Below are positions 11,213 to 20,539 of a DNA stretch of 34,788 nucleotides, piece after piece. The stretch covers positions 1-34,788 of the forward strand of contig QWQJ01000166.1 of the NCBI GenBank assembly GCA_003670865.1, read 5' to 3'. Each line of letters starts with the position of its first letter. Within the stretch, counting starts at the first letter, position 1. The notes beneath the pieces were generated by a model. That model saw nothing but the letters and a program-made list of their open reading frames with translations. It was not told the DNA's origin and ran no database searches. The position numbers were made by a program, and so were the translations under genes. This DNA comes from Planctomycetota bacterium (GTDB lineage Bacteria > Planctomycetota > Planctomycetia > Pirellulales > UBA1268).

Positions 11213-12084
11213 TTGAAACTCGGTCGAACCCGGCTGTGCGGTGGCCAGGTGCAGGTTTGCGGACATGGTGGATGATGCTGGTCATTTCACTCGAAGAACG
11301 CTTGGCATACCGAGGCGATTTTGTGCTTGGGACGCTGATGCGTTTTCTGCCGATCGTCACGCAACTCTTTCTGTGGACGGCTGTCTTCTCCGCAACGAGT
11401 CGCCCAGATATCGCGGGCTACTCGCGAAACGACATTGTTGCCTACTACCTCCTGACGATGGTCACGCGGGCCTTCTCCAGCATGCCTGGCCTGTCTGGCG
11501 GCATTGCTCGCAGCGTGCGTGATGGGTCGGTAAAGAAATACTTAGTGCAACCGGTCGACTATGTGTCATTCCTGCTGGCGTCCCGAATCGCGCACAAACT
11601 CGTCTACTACATCGTGGCTGCTCTGCCGTTTGCGGGTGTATTTTTTCTCTGCCGGCATTTTTTCCCACCGATCCCCGACGCCCTGACGATTACCTCATTC
11701 GTGCTTGCGCTGGTGCTCTCGTTTCTGCTAGGATTTTTTTTGGAAGCGACGCTCGGCATGCTCGGCTTTTGGTTTTTAGAAGTGTCGAGCATTGTGTTTG
11801 GCTACATGCTTGTGCAGTATCTCCTCTCTGGCCACATGTTTCCACTTGACATGCTCGCTGGCATCGGCACCGGCATCCCGGGCTTGAGCCTCGCAGACGT
11901 TGTGCGATGGCTGCCCTTTGAATACACCGCCTATTTTCCCGCCGCGATCTGGCTGGGTAAAGTGCAAGGGACTCAACTGGTTTATTCGCTAGTGATTGAA
12001 GCAGGCTGGGTTATTGTGATGGCAGTGGCGTGTCGGATTGCCTGGTGGCGAGGCACGCGGCGTTACAGTGCTTTTGGTGGATAG
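11209..12084 (+). CDS. ABC-2 family permease (COG4587-like)
   Basis: About six hydrophobic segments; motifs LAYRGDF, VRDGSVKKYLVQP, LSGHMFPLD, LPFEYTAYFPA, YSAFGG. ATGA overlap with the ATPase stop. Confidence 0.88.
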   Translation: MIETRSNPAVRWPGAGLRTWWMMLVISLEERLAYRGDFVLGTLMRFLPIVTQLFLWTAVFSATSRPDIAGYSRNDIVAYYLLTMVTRAFSSMPGLSGGIARSVRDGSVKKYLVQPVDYVSFLLASRIAHKLVYYIVAALPFAGVFFLCRHFFPPIPDALTITSFVLALVLSFLLGFFLEATLGMLGFWFLEVSSIVFGYMLVQYLLSGHMFPLDMLAGIGTGIPGLSLADVVRWLPFEYTAYFPAAIWLGKVQGTQLVYSLVIEAGWVIVMAVACRIAWWRGTRRYSAFGG

Positions 12085-12121
12085 TGTTTGAGGAGACGAG
12101 CGTCGCGAGCCGCTCAGTGCT

Positions 12122-12940
12122 ATGAATCGGTATGCCACCATCTTCGCCACATTTGCCCGCGCTTGCCTTGTGCGAGACATGACTTTTCGTACCAATTTTA
12201 TATTGGAGTGCGTCACAAGCCTGGGCTGGATGTCGATGAATCTCGCCTTCTATCTGCTCGTCTTCACATTTACCGCTGAGATCGGCCAAGGCACCGGCTG
12301 GACTCGTGAACCCTTTTTTGCCTTTGTCGCAACGGGTCTGATTATCAACTCGATTGTGCAAGCGCTCTTCATGCCAAGTGCTGAAGAGCTCACAGAAATG
12401 GTCCGCACTGGTGGCCTCGACGGTGTGCTCGTACAACCCCTCGATGCACAATTTTTACTCTCCATGCACAGGATCGATTTTTCGGCTTTTGCCAACGGAT
12501 TGGTTGGTATCGGATTGCTCGCTTGGGCTCTCAAGAGTATCGATCGCGCGCCGCACTTCGTGGTCTGGCTGCTCTACCCGCTTTTAATCCTCTGCGGCGT
12601 GGCGATTCTCTACAGCCTTGTGATCATGCTCGCCGCAGCCACAATCTGGATGGGACGCAATCAGAGCCTGTACGACTTCTGGTTTTACCTGACAAATTTC
12701 TCGCGTTATCCTGCCGAGATCTATGCAGGCCCGTGGGGTTCACCGCTGCGTGCCCTTTGCACCTTTGTGATTCCAATTCTGCTGGTGGTCAATGTGCCTG
12801 CCCGAGTCATCGCACAGCCGCTGGAAGGGCAGGGATGGGGCATGATCTTCGCGGCAGTCTTCGCAGCGGTGGCATCGCTGCTCATCTCCCGGATTGTCTT
12901 TCAGTTAGCCATCTCCCGTTACCGCAGTGCCTCAAGCTAG
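12122..12940 (+). CDS. ABC-2 family permease (COG3694-like)
   Basis: FRTNF, GWTRE, VRTGGLDGVLVQPLDAQF, FSRYPAEIY, RYRSASS; multiple TM segments. Confidence 0.88.
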   Translation: MNRYATIFATFARACLVRDMTFRTNFILECVTSLGWMSMNLAFYLLVFTFTAEIGQGTGWTREPFFAFVATGLIINSIVQALFMPSAEELTEMVRTGGLDGVLVQPLDAQFLLSMHRIDFSAFANGLVGIGLLAWALKSIDRAPHFVVWLLYPLLILCGVAILYSLVIMLAAATIWMGRNQSLYDFWFYLTNFSRYPAEIYAGPWGSPLRALCTFVIPILLVVNVPARVIAQPLEGQGWGMIFAAVFAAVASLLISRIVFQLAISRYRSASS

Positions 12941-13068
12941 AAGCACGCTCGTGCCGGAATCATGGCTTGGTCTTTTCACGATGCGGTCTCACACGAGACT
13001 CACCTAGAGACTCGTGCTACTTTCATCCCTGATTCTTCCCCACTTTACCCTTCAAGAGCGTTCAATCG

Positions 13069-13935
13069 ATGCCTTTGCAGCTTGCCTTTAGTTCCAATGC
13101 GTATCTCGATGTGCCTGTCGAGCAGGCGATCTCGCAGATTGCCGGCTTAGGCTACTGCGGAATTGAATTGTTGGCTGATGTGCCCCATGCGTGGCCAGCG
13201 GGTTTCCTCGAAGTGCAGAAGGAAGCCATTCGTCAGGCGATTCAATTGAGTGGACTAACGATCTCAAATATCAACGCCTTTATGATGAACGCGATTGCCG
13301 ATCCACGGCAACCCTACTGGCACCCCGGTTGGACTGACCCCGATCCTCACTACCGGGCCATCCGCCGCGAGCACACCAAGCGAGCGCTTACGCTGGCGGC
13401 CGAACTCGGCTCGCCGGGTATTTCAACTGAACCGGGGGGAGAACTGGCCCCGGGTCAAAGTAGGCAGAATGCCACCGATATTTTTTACGAAGAGATCATG
13501 CCCTGTCTCGATGTGGCCGCCGAGTGTGGCGTGACCTTGATGATCGAGCCGGAGCCGGGATTGCTGATTGAAAAGTTTGAACAGTATCTCGAGTTTGCCG
13601 ACCGAGTGGGCCATCCATCGCTGGGACTCAATTTTGATATCGGCCACGCGTACTGCGTTGGTGAAGATCCTGCCGAGTGGGTGCCGCGAATGCAGGCTCA
13701 CACAAAGCACTACCACTTTGAAGACATCGCAGCCACCCGCGTCCACCACCATTTGGTGCCGGGCGAGGGGGCCATCGATTTTGTCGCGGTGCTGAAGGCA
13801 ATCGCCCAGCACACTCCCGACATGTGGATCACTGTAGAGCTCTACCCCTATCGCAAACAGCCAGACGCCGCCGCACAAAGCGCGCGGGCTTTCTTACTTG
13901 CGGCGGCCCGACAAGCTCACGTGGAGCTCGCCTGA
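13069..13935 (+). CDS. Sugar phosphate isomerase/epimerase (xylose-isomerase-like TIM barrel)
   Basis: Metal-ligand motifs IEPEPG, NFDIGH, HYHFED, HHHLVPGEG, VELY. Confidence 0.88.
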   Translation: MPLQLAFSSNAYLDVPVEQAISQIAGLGYCGIELLADVPHAWPAGFLEVQKEAIRQAIQLSGLTISNINAFMMNAIADPRQPYWHPGWTDPDPHYRAIRREHTKRALTLAAELGSPGISTEPGGELAPGQSRQNATDIFYEEIMPCLDVAAECGVTLMIEPEPGLLIEKFEQYLEFADRVGHPSLGLNFDIGHAYCVGEDPAEWVPRMQAHTKHYHFEDIAATRVHHHLVPGEGAIDFVAVLKAIAQHTPDMWITVELYPYRKQPDAAAQSARAFLLAAARQAHVELA

Positions 13936-13938
13936 CCC

Positions 13939-14871
13939 ATGGCAACAGTGCTGGCGTGGCTGCGGTTGGTGCGGATTCCCAATCACGCGACAGCGGTGGC
14001 CGATGTGCTGGCAGGGTTTTTGATCTGTTCCCAAGCCCAAACCATCGAATGGCCGGCCCCGTCGCTGTGGTTAGTGATTGCGGCGAGCGTGTCTTTTTAC
14101 GCGTCTGGCATGGTGCTCAATGACGTCTTTGATTACCAGCTCGATCGCATTGAGAGACCCGAGCGACCGCTGCCTTCGGGCAGGATCAGTCTGTCCACCG
14201 CCGCCAGAGTTGCTAACGTCCTATTGGCTCTGGGCAGCATCTTGAGCTGTGCAACAGCGGCGGTGTCGGGGTATTCGTCGGTCGCCCTCGTCGGCGCGGC
14301 TTTGACAGCGGCCATTTGGATTTACAATCGAAATGCCAAACGTACGCCTTTGGGGCCGCTGGTGATGGGCAGTTGCCGCGGTCTCAACTGGCTTCTAGGT
14401 ATGGCTGCTGCCGGTGGACCGACCGCGTCTTATCAGTGGCTCTTGCCGCTGGGCATGACAATTTATGTGGCAGGCATCACGCTCTACGCCCGGGACGAAG
14501 CGGGGGAAAGTCGCAGGCACGTGCTCGGCCTAGCCACTCTTTTCATGCTCGCTGGACTGGCTACTGCGGGAGCGCATTCCTACTGCCTGGCGATCAATCA
14601 CGGTGGCTCGACGTGGCTTGCCGGCAACCGCCTTCCCTCATGGATTTTGCTCTGGAGCTTGCTTTCGGCCTCGATCCTTGTTCGCGCGGTGCTCGGCATG
14701 ATTGATCCAAGTCCTGGTCGTGTGCGGGCAGCGGTGGGCAATGCAATCATGGCCATCATCACGCTGGATGCCGTGCTTGTGCTGGCGGCCTGCGGCGAGC
14801 AGTGGGCGATTGTTGTGATCATGCTGCTGGCTCCATTTTTATGTGGTCGACAACTGGTCTCTGCCACCTAG
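13939..14871 (+). CDS. UbiA-family prenyltransferase, EboC-like
   Basis: LRLVRIPNHATAVADVLAG, Asp-rich GMVLNDVFDYQLDRIERPERPLPSGRI, GPLVMGSCRGLNWLLG, IITLDA. Polytopic membrane protein starting 3 nt after the upstream stop. Confidence 0.88.
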   Translation: MATVLAWLRLVRIPNHATAVADVLAGFLICSQAQTIEWPAPSLWLVIAASVSFYASGMVLNDVFDYQLDRIERPERPLPSGRISLSTAARVANVLLALGSILSCATAAVSGYSSVALVGAALTAAIWIYNRNAKRTPLGPLVMGSCRGLNWLLGMAAAGGPTASYQWLLPLGMTIYVAGITLYARDEAGESRRHVLGLATLFMLAGLATAGAHSYCLAINHGGSTWLAGNRLPSWILLWSLLSASILVRAVLGMIDPSPGRVRAAVGNAIMAIITLDAVLVLAACGEQWAIVVIMLLAPFLCGRQLVSAT

Positions 14872-14958
14872 CACGGGGGTCAGGAGTCTCAGTCAGAATC
14901 TGTTTGACGTGGCATTGAGTCGTAGGCGGAGAGTCGTGTCTAAGGCAGGGAATTTTCC

Positions 14959-15801
14959 ATGCGAATGGGCTTCAGTACCAACAGCATCAGCGATACATCT
15001 GTGCGGGACGCATTGCCGATTTTGCGAGACATGGGGTATACCTCAGTCGCCATCACGCTCGACCATGCTGTGCTCAATCCGTACGGGGAAAGCATCGCTC
15101 AGGAGATCGCTCACTGGAGGGCCTCGCTCGGCCGAGCTGGTATGACCTGTGGGATTGAAACGGGTGCCAGGCATCTGCTTGATCCCTTGCAAAAACACGA
15201 GCCGACGCTCGTCACAGCAGCCAGCCTTGGGCGATTGCGACGCATCGACTTTCTGAAGTGCTCGATTGACATTGCCAAAGCCTTAGGCTCGCCGTGCGTC
15301 TCGCTTTGGTCGGGCATCGCGCGTGACTCAGCCGACGAAGAGTCGCTGTGGGATCGCCTGATAACAAGTCTAGAGCCTGTGCTTGTTCATGCCGCTCTGC
15401 ACGACATCCAGATTGGCTTTGAGCCTGAGCCCGGGATGTTTATCGACACGCTGGCGAGATACCAACAACTTTTGGACCGCCTCAATCGTCCCGATGTTCT
15501 GCGACTGACAGTCGACATTGGCCACATGGAGTGTATGGGAGAGCGACCTGCCTCAGACCTGCTTTGGGCCTGGGCCGATCGGATCATCAATGTGCACATC
15601 GACGACATGCTGGCCTGTCGCCACGAACACCTGCCACTAGGCTCAGGCGATGTGGAGTTTCCATCGATCCTGAAAGCCCTCACCAGTTGTGGCTACGCTG
15701 GCAGTCTCCATATTGAGTTGCCACGACAATCTCACCGCTGGATCGAAACAGCCCGTCAGTCAGCGGCATTCTTGCGAGCCGCTATTGTCGACGCACGATG
15801 A
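14959..15801 (+). CDS. Second sugar phosphate isomerase/epimerase (TIM barrel), of the type seen in ebo-like clusters
   Basis: GFSTNS, VAITLDH, IETGARHLLDP..KHEPTL, FEPEPGMFID, TVDIGH, NVHIDDM, HEHLPLGSG, IELPRQSH. Confidence 0.87.
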   Translation: MRMGFSTNSISDTSVRDALPILRDMGYTSVAITLDHAVLNPYGESIAQEIAHWRASLGRAGMTCGIETGARHLLDPLQKHEPTLVTAASLGRLRRIDFLKCSIDIAKALGSPCVSLWSGIARDSADEESLWDRLITSLEPVLVHAALHDIQIGFEPEPGMFIDTLARYQQLLDRLNRPDVLRLTVDIGHMECMGERPASDLLWAWADRIINVHIDDMLACRHEHLPLGSGDVEFPSILKALTSCGYAGSLHIELPRQSHRWIETARQSAAFLRAAIVDAR

Positions 15802-15985
15802 CTCGGTTCTGTGGCGGGGTATTGCGTCGCTTCTTGATGGGTATGACAGAAAACAGGGGATCGTCATTGGGACCGGCGTCACCCCTCCATCCGTAAGGCC
15901 TGCATCGCCTGATTCAGCATTGGGCCTGCCTTTGCATCGCCCAAGTACTTAGACTCGCAGCAACACCCAGATTAGGAAACAGTCT

Positions 15986-17374
15986 ATGAATTTCCCCTTG
16001 CCCGCTTTCCCTCATGTTTTGCTGCTCTCAATTCCAGGCCTGCGTCTGGAAGATTTGGCACGGATGCCTGCGCTGTCAGCACTCGCTGGTGGCGGAGCAT
16101 GCGTCCCGCTGGCGCCAGGGCTGCCGGCTCTGACATGTCCTGTGCAGGCCACGCTCACAACCGGGGCCCGCCCAAGCGGACACGGAGTTGTGGCCAATGG
16201 TGTCTTTCATCGCACGACTCGCCATCTGGAAATGTGGATTAGCCCCGACAGCGTGCACCAAGCCACTCGCCTCTGGGATCAACTCAAATCGGCTCGCCCC
16301 GACCTGCGCACCGCAGCTTGGTTTGCCCTGCAATCCAAGCATGCCACGGCGGATCTCGTCTGCATGCCCGCACCCAAGCATAACCCAGACGGCAGCGAAA
16401 CAATGTGGTGCCACACTCGGCCGGAACCGCTCTACGGCAAACTACGGCAGACTTTGGGCGACTTCCCACTCCATAAATTTTGGGGTCCGATTGCTGGCAT
16501 CGAATCCTCCCGCTGGATCTGGCAGAGCTTTATCGAGGCCGCTCGCGATCTGCCTCCACACTTCGCCTACCTCTATCTTCCCCACCTCGACTACGCCGCA
16601 CAGCGGACAGGCCCCGACAGTCCGCCAGCTCACGCTGCCTGTGGCGAACTCGATGCTGAGATTGAAAAAATGATTGCCAGCTACGCCCAGATCGTTGGCC
16701 GCGAGAGCCTCATCGTGCTCGTCGCTGGCGAGTATAAAATACGCCCCGTTTCCCAGACGCTTTTCCCCAATCGCGTGCTACGAGAAGCCGGCCTGCTCTC
16801 GGTGATCGACACACCCGATGGCGAAATTCTTGACCAGCAAGGCAGCTTTGCCTGGGCATTGGCCGATCATCAAGTGAGCCACATCTATCTTCAAAAGAAC
16901 GCCTCCCAGCAGAGCGTCGACGAAGTGGCAGCGCTCTTTCGTGGTAGGGCAGGGGTGGGGCAGGTGCTGACAGGTCAGGAACTCGTGCAGTCTCAACTGT
17001 CAACGATGTCCCCGCCGGGAGAAAAAAGTTTGTGCGGCGATGTGGTCGTGATCAGCACGCTCGACAGTTGGCAGAGTTATTTTTACTGGCTCGACGATGC
17101 CAAGGCCCCGCGTTTTGCCCGCACGATCGACATTCATCGAAAGCCCGGCTACGACCCACTGGAGCTGCATTTTGATCGCACGACCAAGCCGACGCCGGGG
17201 GGCATGCCCGGCATTCCGCTCGACACTTCGCTTGTGAAAGGATCCCACGGAGCGATCGATCCCCTTGAGCCTTATGAAACGATCTTTCTTGCCTCACATC
17301 GCTCTGTTGTCGACGGCGACAGACTGCGGATGGACGAGGTGGCGGGGATCGTCCGGAAAGTGTTTGGTGTGTAG
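15986..17374 (+). CDS. Alkaline-phosphatase-superfamily nucleotide pyrophosphatase/phosphodiesterase, EboF-like
   Basis: Thr nucleophile motif LTCPVQAT, HGVVANG, FWGP, YLPHLDY, DHQVSHIY, DIHRKPGYDPLEL, LVKGSHG; AGGA RBS. Confidence 0.88.
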   Translation: MNFPLPAFPHVLLLSIPGLRLEDLARMPALSALAGGGACVPLAPGLPALTCPVQATLTTGARPSGHGVVANGVFHRTTRHLEMWISPDSVHQATRLWDQLKSARPDLRTAAWFALQSKHATADLVCMPAPKHNPDGSETMWCHTRPEPLYGKLRQTLGDFPLHKFWGPIAGIESSRWIWQSFIEAARDLPPHFAYLYLPHLDYAAQRTGPDSPPAHAACGELDAEIEKMIASYAQIVGRESLIVLVAGEYKIRPVSQTLFPNRVLREAGLLSVIDTPDGEILDQQGSFAWALADHQVSHIYLQKNASQQSVDEVAALFRGRAGVGQVLTGQELVQSQLSTMSPPGEKSLCGDVVVISTLDSWQSYFYWLDDAKAPRFARTIDIHRKPGYDPLELHFDRTTKPTPGGMPGIPLDTSLVKGSHGAIDPLEPYETIFLASHRSVVDGDRLRMDEVAGIVRKVFGV

Positions 17375-17387
17375 GCCGTTTGTTGCT

Positions 17388-17747
17388 CTAGGACACAATC
17401 CACTGCCAAGCATCGGCCAGGTCAGCGACATCAAAATAACGGATCATGCCTTTTGGAAAAAGGGGCTTGGCGAGCTTGGTCGACCACTGCTCCCATGCCG
17501 TTTCTCCCACGATGGCGCAGCGTTCCACATCGCGGCAGTGGTTGGTGTCGAATTTCATCTCATCCCAAAGAGCCCTCGCCTCAAGCCCGGCGAAGTCGTG
17601 AAAGATGGCCAGCACACGGACCGTGCCATGATCCTTGATGTGCTGTTCTAAAAGCGGCACAAAGGTGTGGTAATCGTCGTGCATCAGTTTGCCGCTGATC
17701 TTCAGCCCCACGACCTTTCCCGAGCTCTCCGATAATACTTCAATCAT
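17388..17747 (-). CDS. STAS/SEC14-like (SpoIIAA-like) protein
   Basis: MIEVL..VVGLKISGKLMHDDY..ALWDEMKFD..VERCAIVGETAWEQW..IRYFD..AWQWI pattern, 119 aa. ATG 17747 overlaps the ferredoxin stop. Confidence 0.82.
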   Translation of the reverse strand: MIEVLSESSGKVVGLKISGKLMHDDYHTFVPLLEQHIKDHGTVRVLAIFHDFAGLEARALWDEMKFDTNHCRDVERCAIVGETAWEQWSTKLAKPLFPKGMIRYFDVADLADAWQWIVS

Positions 17748-18144
17748 TACGAATTCCTTGCGTGTCGTTGGCGAGCGTTGTTGAGATCCATTCGACCGGT
17801 TGCGGTTGGAGCGAGTCGGCTGGCCGCTTGCCGGCATCAACGCGACCAGAGCCAGCCAGCCGACTTGCGGCTTGCAGGGTCATGTCTAGGTCGCAGGTGA
17901 TCTGGCAGGAGAGTCGCAAGCCGGGCATCCCCGCCAAACCCTTGGCGGTCAGCACATCTTTTTCGGCTTTTGTCATGCGGGCTGGTTCACCCGAGACAAA
18001 AGTCACGCGGCAGGTCGTGCAACGGGCGGCTCCACCACAGGCGTGCAGCTGGTCGATGCCGCAGTCATCCACAAGCGCATTGACCAATCGCTTACCAGCG
18101 GCAACCTCAAACGTCCCGACATCTTCAATAGTCAGCTTCGGCAT
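17740..18144 (-). CDS. 2Fe-2S ferredoxin-like protein
   Basis: HACGGAARCTTCRV...RLSCQ (Cx5Cx2C...C); AAAGGG RBS. Confidence 0.9.
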   Translation of the reverse strand: MPKLTIEDVGTFEVAAGKRLVNALVDDCGIDQLHACGGAARCTTCRVTFVSGEPARMTKAEKDVLTAKGLAGMPGLRLSCQITCDLDMTLQAASRLAGSGRVDAGKRPADSLQPQPVEWISTTLANDTQGIRND

Positions 18145-18171
18145 AAAACCCTTTCATTTTTCGGAACACAT

Positions 18172-18951
18172 TTATTCTTGTGGAAATCGCTTGAGCTGAA
18201 TCTCTTTAAATTCAACTTTCATGGGTGGTCCAGCATGGAGTTGCAGGGCTAGCACGCCTGTTGCCGCTCTCTTGCTTGCTTCTGAATCGTCAAGTTCAGA
18301 CATCAGTTGGCCGTTGATTATGTGGGAAAGTTTTGGTCCCTTGGCAATCACGCGATATTCATTCCAGTCACCAGGCTGGATCACTTTCTGAAGATTTTCG
18401 GTGCTATCAATCGGCTCACCTGCCGTTTTTTTTCCGTCGCTGGCAATCGTGATGCGTTCACCTCGTTTGGCAAGAATGCCCCGACCTTTTTCTTCGTATT
18501 GAATGCCGGAGTATGTGGGGCCCGCCTCGAAGTCGGCCTGATAACCGCCCACCACAAAATTGCCATAGTCTTTGCTGCGGTACTGAATCCCGCTGTTACC
18601 ACCCGTGATTTTGTAGAGCAACCGCAGTTCGAAATCATCCAGATTGCCCTGCCGCCAGATTAGGAATGTATTTCCGTTGGTGGGCTTCTCGGCCGTTGTT
18701 TGCCCGACGATGGCTCCCTCTTGCACCGACCAAAACTCTGGCTTTCCTTCCCAACCATCCAGCGAAGAACCGTTAAAGATTTGAACAAAGCCGGCGTCTT
18801 TTGCCGCATCGACAGCGAGCACTGGCTGGCACACAAAAGCACATAGAGATATTCCCAGCACCGCTCCAATAATCAGCAGACCACCACCTCGAATCCGAAA
18901 GGGGTCGCGAACCGGCTCCCATGACGGGGCAAACGATTGAATTGCATTCAT
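18172..18951 (-). CDS. Secreted DUF1080 / 3-keto-disaccharide hydrolase-like protein
   Basis: IFNGSSLDGWEG, DFELRL, NSGIQYRS, GYQADF, WNEYRV, INGQ, LALQLH; hydrophobic signal ending VLA. Start uncertain. Confidence 0.85.
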   Translation of the reverse strand: MNAIQSFAPSWEPVRDPFRIRGGGLLIIGAVLGISLCAFVCQPVLAVDAAKDAGFVQIFNGSSLDGWEGKPEFWSVQEGAIVGQTTAEKPTNGNTFLIWRQGNLDDFELRLLYKITGGNSGIQYRSKDYGNFVVGGYQADFEAGPTYSGIQYEEKGRGILAKRGERITIASDGKKTAGEPIDSTENLQKVIQPGDWNEYRVIAKGPKLSHIINGQLMSELDDSEASKRAATGVLALQLHAGPPMKVEFKEIQLKRFPQE

Positions 18952-19091
18952 GTTGACAAGCTCCAAACAGTTTTTTTAAAATCCAAGTGTGGCCCGATCG
19001 CCAACCGCTCACTCTGGGCGGGGCTAGTATGCCATCTTTCCAGTAGGGCTTGGAACCGGGGCCAGAAAGCTTACAGGGCATTTCCAACAAT

Positions 19092-20501
19092 TTAGAGGGA
19101 ATTGCGTTCTAGGCCGAGCATTTCTAGAAAAGCCTCGATGCCAATCACCTGCACTCCTAGGCGCCTCGCCTCTTTGAGTTGATTATTGCGGCGGGTTTCG
19201 TCAACGGGCTTCCAGCCAGCCGTCTGCTCGCCGGTGACGCCGGTCTTTTTGGGTATTCCAGCATCGACAAGCATAGTCGTTGACGGACTAACGGACTGCT
19301 CAACAACGGCACCGACGCGCGTCGCAAAGGCCTCTAGTCGTTGGGGGTCAGACTTTCCTCCATCAATTTTCACATAGCCAACGACAACCACTTCAAACAC
19401 GGTACCGGGCGTCCACAAACTCGTCGCAACGAAGTCGCCACTGAGAATCGGATTGCGAATCACATCGTCACGGATTCTCGCACGTGCCAGCGATTTGCTT
19501 TCCAAGGCCACCACCTCAATGATTGCTTTTTTAGCATTGACTTCAGGCTGGGGATCCTTGGGGTCATATACATAAAAGAGTATTCCCGGCTTCAGCCCGC
19601 GGGTCGAACCGCAGTCAATGATGACGGAGCGTTCATCTTCGTTGACCGCGACGATGCGTCCATCGAAGCCATCGATTCGATTGTCCTTGGGCGTGGCAGC
19701 TAGGACGGCTTCTTGGGTCGCTTTGTCGGCCACGCGGAGGTCGGCCAGCAAATCATTTTGCTTTTGAATGGTTTTCTGACGCTCTCGAAGCTCTTCAAAG
19801 AGAATCGCAACTTGTTCTTCAGGAGCTTCCGCCTTGCCAGTAAACTTTTTTTGGCCGGCGATCGAGAGGTAAGCCTCCCCCTTTTTTACCACTTCCTTGA
19901 GGCTGTCAAACGATGTCGACTGCTTCAAAGATGACTCCTGTTTGTCGGCCAGCTCTTTTGCATTTGTGTTGTGTGTTTTGAGCCGTTCCTGGAAGTCTGT
20001 TTCGGCATCCTTTGCCTGCTTCTGCGCCGTTTCGATCGCTTTTTTCGCGTTGGCTTCGCTGGTTGTCGCTTGCTCCTGAGCCGCCGCCTTTTCTTTTTCT
20101 GCGGCTATTTTCTCCTCGGCAAGAGCCTTGAGATCTTTGTCTTTGGTTTTAATTGCTTCTGAAAGCCAGTCGACTAGCGTTGTGTAGGACTTTGGATCTT
20201 CTTTGAAATCAGCAAACTTCGACTGCCACGATTCGGCTGTCTCGGTCTCTATCTCACTCACCGCTTTGGCCTCGTCATAGCCGATGATGACTTGCAGTTT
20301 CTTTTTCTCTTCAATCACCTCGTTGAGCTTGGTGATCTCAGCATTTCTAGCGAGGATGGCCTCATCGGTTTCGGCCTGCTTATCGAGCTGTTTTTGAAAG
20401 AAGAGGTAGGTTGTGATTGCGAGCACAAACGTAAGCAATACAAACACAACCAGCGAGATCGTGAGCGACTGAATGACGGTTTTGTTCTGGTTTGAGGCCA
20501 T
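19092..20501 (-). CDS. Membrane-anchored coiled-coil protein with a beta domain and C-terminal BRCT-like domain; function unknown
   Basis: One N-terminal TM helix, then about 230 aa of K/E/A/Q-rich heptad-like sequence, then DGRIVAV..VIIDCGSTRGLKPG..FYVY, then a BRCT-like tail (VVVVG..GAVVEQSVSPSTTMLV..EARRLGVQVIGIEAFLEMLG). Confidence 0.75.
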   Translation of the reverse strand: MASNQNKTVIQSLTISLVVFVLLTFVLAITTYLFFQKQLDKQAETDEAILARNAEITKLNEVIEEKKKLQVIIGYDEAKAVSEIETETAESWQSKFADFKEDPKSYTTLVDWLSEAIKTKDKDLKALAEEKIAAEKEKAAAQEQATTSEANAKKAIETAQKQAKDAETDFQERLKTHNTNAKELADKQESSLKQSTSFDSLKEVVKKGEAYLSIAGQKKFTGKAEAPEEQVAILFEELRERQKTIQKQNDLLADLRVADKATQEAVLAATPKDNRIDGFDGRIVAVNEDERSVIIDCGSTRGLKPGILFYVYDPKDPQPEVNAKKAIIEVVALESKSLARARIRDDVIRNPILSGDFVATSLWTPGTVFEVVVVGYVKIDGGKSDPQRLEAFATRVGAVVEQSVSPSTTMLVDAGIPKKTGVTGEQTAGWKPVDETRRNNQLKEARRLGVQVIGIEAFLEMLGLERNSL

Positions 20502-20510
20502 GCTCGTGAT

Positions 20511-20539
20511 GTATCGGCCTCGGGTTCAGCCGGATTTGA
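20511..20539 (-). promoter_or_regulatory. Candidate sigma28 (FliA/SigD)-like promoter
   Basis: Minus strand reads TCAAA-N16-GCCGATAC, ending 9 nt before ATG 20501. Compare the consensus TAAA-N15/16-GCCGATAA. Confidence 0.45.
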
